Positions 8,935-10,621 of a DNA stretch of 10,621 nucleotides are shown here, piece after piece. The stretch is from Octopus sinensis. Taxonomy: Eukaryota. The notes under the pieces are model-generated. The model worked only from the letters and a program-made list of their open reading frames with translations, ran no database searches and was not told the DNA's origin. The DNA lies in the NCBI RefSeq assembly GCF_006345805.1, contig NW_021826942.1, positions 1 to 10,621 on the forward strand. The letters are read 5' to 3'. The translations under genes were made by a program, and so were the position numbers. Positions within the stretch are counted from its first letter, which is position 1; every line of letters begins with the position of its first letter.

Positions 8935-9558
8935 CTATAGCAACAAGCTAGCTGCCTGTAACACTCTTTAGTTGTTTATCTCAGATCTCTTTTGGTGTAT
9001 GAGGATTACCTCAGAGATTCAAAGTTTGCACCTCATCTGCTGTATTGCCTTGATGTACACTGTGAATTCCCTGGTCTGGTTTTCCGTAGATATTTTTTCA
9101 CGGAAGTGTCTGCCTACATGCGTTCCGTAATATGTATATGCAGTTTTCTTGTCGTGCTTCCGATGTAGGATGCGCTACATTTCCCACAGTTAATCTTAAA
9201 TACAACATAGGTCCTATGGCACAATTCAGCGTCATACACGGGGCCGTTGAAGAGTATACATACCTCGTAGTGAGTAGTGTTGTTCTTGGGCAGAGCTTTT
9301 CGCAGGGAAGGGCCGCTGTGCTCTATCTTTATGTTGAGTCCTTCCCTGCGGAATGCGCGTTGTATCGATGCAGTATTTCTGTCTTCAGTGTGGTGGTTTT
9401 AGGAAGCACCTTCCGTACTTCGGAGTATGATAGTTCTTCCGGGATTTATTGACCTTGATGTTCTTTAGGCGCCGTTGTTTAATGACAGATGGTGAGTAGC
9501 AATTCAAGATTAGGTCTCTGAGGAACTGCTTGGTGTCTTTTCTTGATAATGTGGACAT
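8935..9558 (-). pseudogene. PLE ORF remnant: post-RT linker plus GIY-YIG endonuclease, with frameshifts and stops
   Basis: Pieces: STLSRKDTKQFLRDLILNCYSPSVI (cf. LxxNxYPxxxI) / frameshift / SIQRAFRREGLNIKIEHSGPSLRKAL...CHRTYVVFKINCGKCSASYIGSTTRKLHIHITERM*ADTSVKKYL / frameshift / KL*ISEVILIHQKRSEINN*. It matches VVYxIxCxxCxxxYIGxTxRxLxxRxxEH...LxIxEAxxIxxxxPxIN. YIG codons at 9159-9167. Confidence 0.9.
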
Positions 9559-9563
9559 AAATC

Positions 9564-9664
9564 CGAAATATTGAACACAATGTAAGTCTACATTAATTCA
9601 TATATTTTTTCCTGCGATTTAACTTGCATTTACTTAGCATTGTTTTGGCCTTACCCACGATCCT

Positions 9665-9669
<5 letters not shown>
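9564..9669 (+). repeat. Inverted partial copy of PLE tail (matches 8734-8841 reverse complement)
   Basis: cgaaatattgaacacaa...ctacattaattca...ttggccttacccacgatcctttata, roughly 85% by manual alignment. Starts at the hammerhead CGAAA and ends in a (TA)n run. Confidence 0.92.
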
Positions 9670-9724
<55 letters not shown>

Positions 9725-9960
9725 GGAGAGAGAGAGAGAGAGTGAGAGAGAGAGAGACAGAGAGAGACAGAGATATACAGATAGATAGGTAGTGCTCACA
9801 TATACATGCATACATACATACACACACACACACACACCACACACATACACACACATATATATATATATATATATTCATATATATGCACAAATATATAGAT
9901 ATCAATATACATACTGATATAAATATTTTAGTATATACATGTATCCATGTATGTGTGATT
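9669..9960. repeat. Compound (TA)n-(GA)n-(CA)n-(TA)n microsatellite
   Basis: Direct reading of the sequence. Confidence 0.95.
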
Positions 9961-10363
9961 GTGTGTTTACTTCTAGTGTATAACTGCATAATTCACGATG
10001 TGCTGTTGGATAACTATTTTATTTTTCTGGTCGTATGCCATCTTTTTAAAGTCATTGTGTCGTATCTTATTTCGCATATTGTGTAACATAATTCGAATGA
10101 AACGCTTTGGTATTCTTTTATTCTATAAACATAATGCGATATATAAATTATTTCATTTTAATATTCACAGCACACTGCAATGATTTTGTGCCATCGGTAG
10201 CGGCGTTGAAGATGTCTTTTAGTGGCATAAGTGCTGCAGATGCAGATTGCGCTATTGTTATGGAGCTGACACAATGCAATCGGGAAGAGTATACATCCAT
10301 ACCTACAGATAAACATAGATAATGGTATTAGAATAAGAGAGACCAGATAGACAGATAGCAAGG

Positions 10364-10364
<1 letters not shown>

Positions 10365-10409
<45 letters not shown>

Positions 10410-10561
10410 GATATATATATATGTGTGTGGTGTGTGGTTGTGTAGATATAGTATAGATAGATAGATACTATGTTATAAAATATACATTAATATGCATGGA
10501 TTTAATATATATGTATTATATATATATATTATATATATATATTATATATATATATATTATC

Positions 10562-10621
<60 letters not shown>
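10365..10621. repeat. Interrupted (TA)n with short (TG)/(GATA) tracts, running off the window
   Basis: Direct reading of the sequence. Confidence 0.95.

Larger units (their letters stand above)
8595..9669 (-). mobile_element. 5'-truncated Penelope-like element with inverted partial tail (pLTR-like) at its 5' end
   Basis: Decayed endonuclease ORF 8935-9558, 3' tail 8595-8934 with a hammerhead-like fold and AATAAA (8622-8627 on minus), and an inverted copy of tail segment 8734-8841 at 9564-9669. Confidence 0.85.

Noticed and set aside
9132-9452. 106-aa plus-strand ORF
   Set aside because: Antisense shadow of the PLE GIY-YIG coding region; the minus strand carries the recognisable motifs.

Overview
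AT-rich, microsatellite-saturated eukaryotic DNA, most likely intronic or intergenic sequence of a coleoid cephalopod (Octopus-like). The taxon call rests on remembered octopus SINE sequences, not a database search. I cannot support any host protein-coding gene, rRNA, tRNA or CRISPR feature, and nearly all ORF-track entries are microsatellite translations. Recognisable content is retroelement debris: three copies of one tRNA/CORE-type SINE in alternating orientation (1-861), one copy of a second tRNA-derived SINE (2639-2853), two different decayed Penelope-like element (PLE) fragments on the minus strand (3398-3610, 8595-9669) and a probable RTE-clade LINE 3' end (7120-7412). The most structured locus is 8024-9669. 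It holds a 5'-truncated PLE with a GIY-YIG endonuclease remnant and a minimal hammerhead-ribozyme fold with a compensated U3:A8 core just downstream of the ORF. Its 3' tail occurs three times, so the sense copy is bracketed by two inverted copies. These parts belong to known element classes; what is unusual is the local arrangement.
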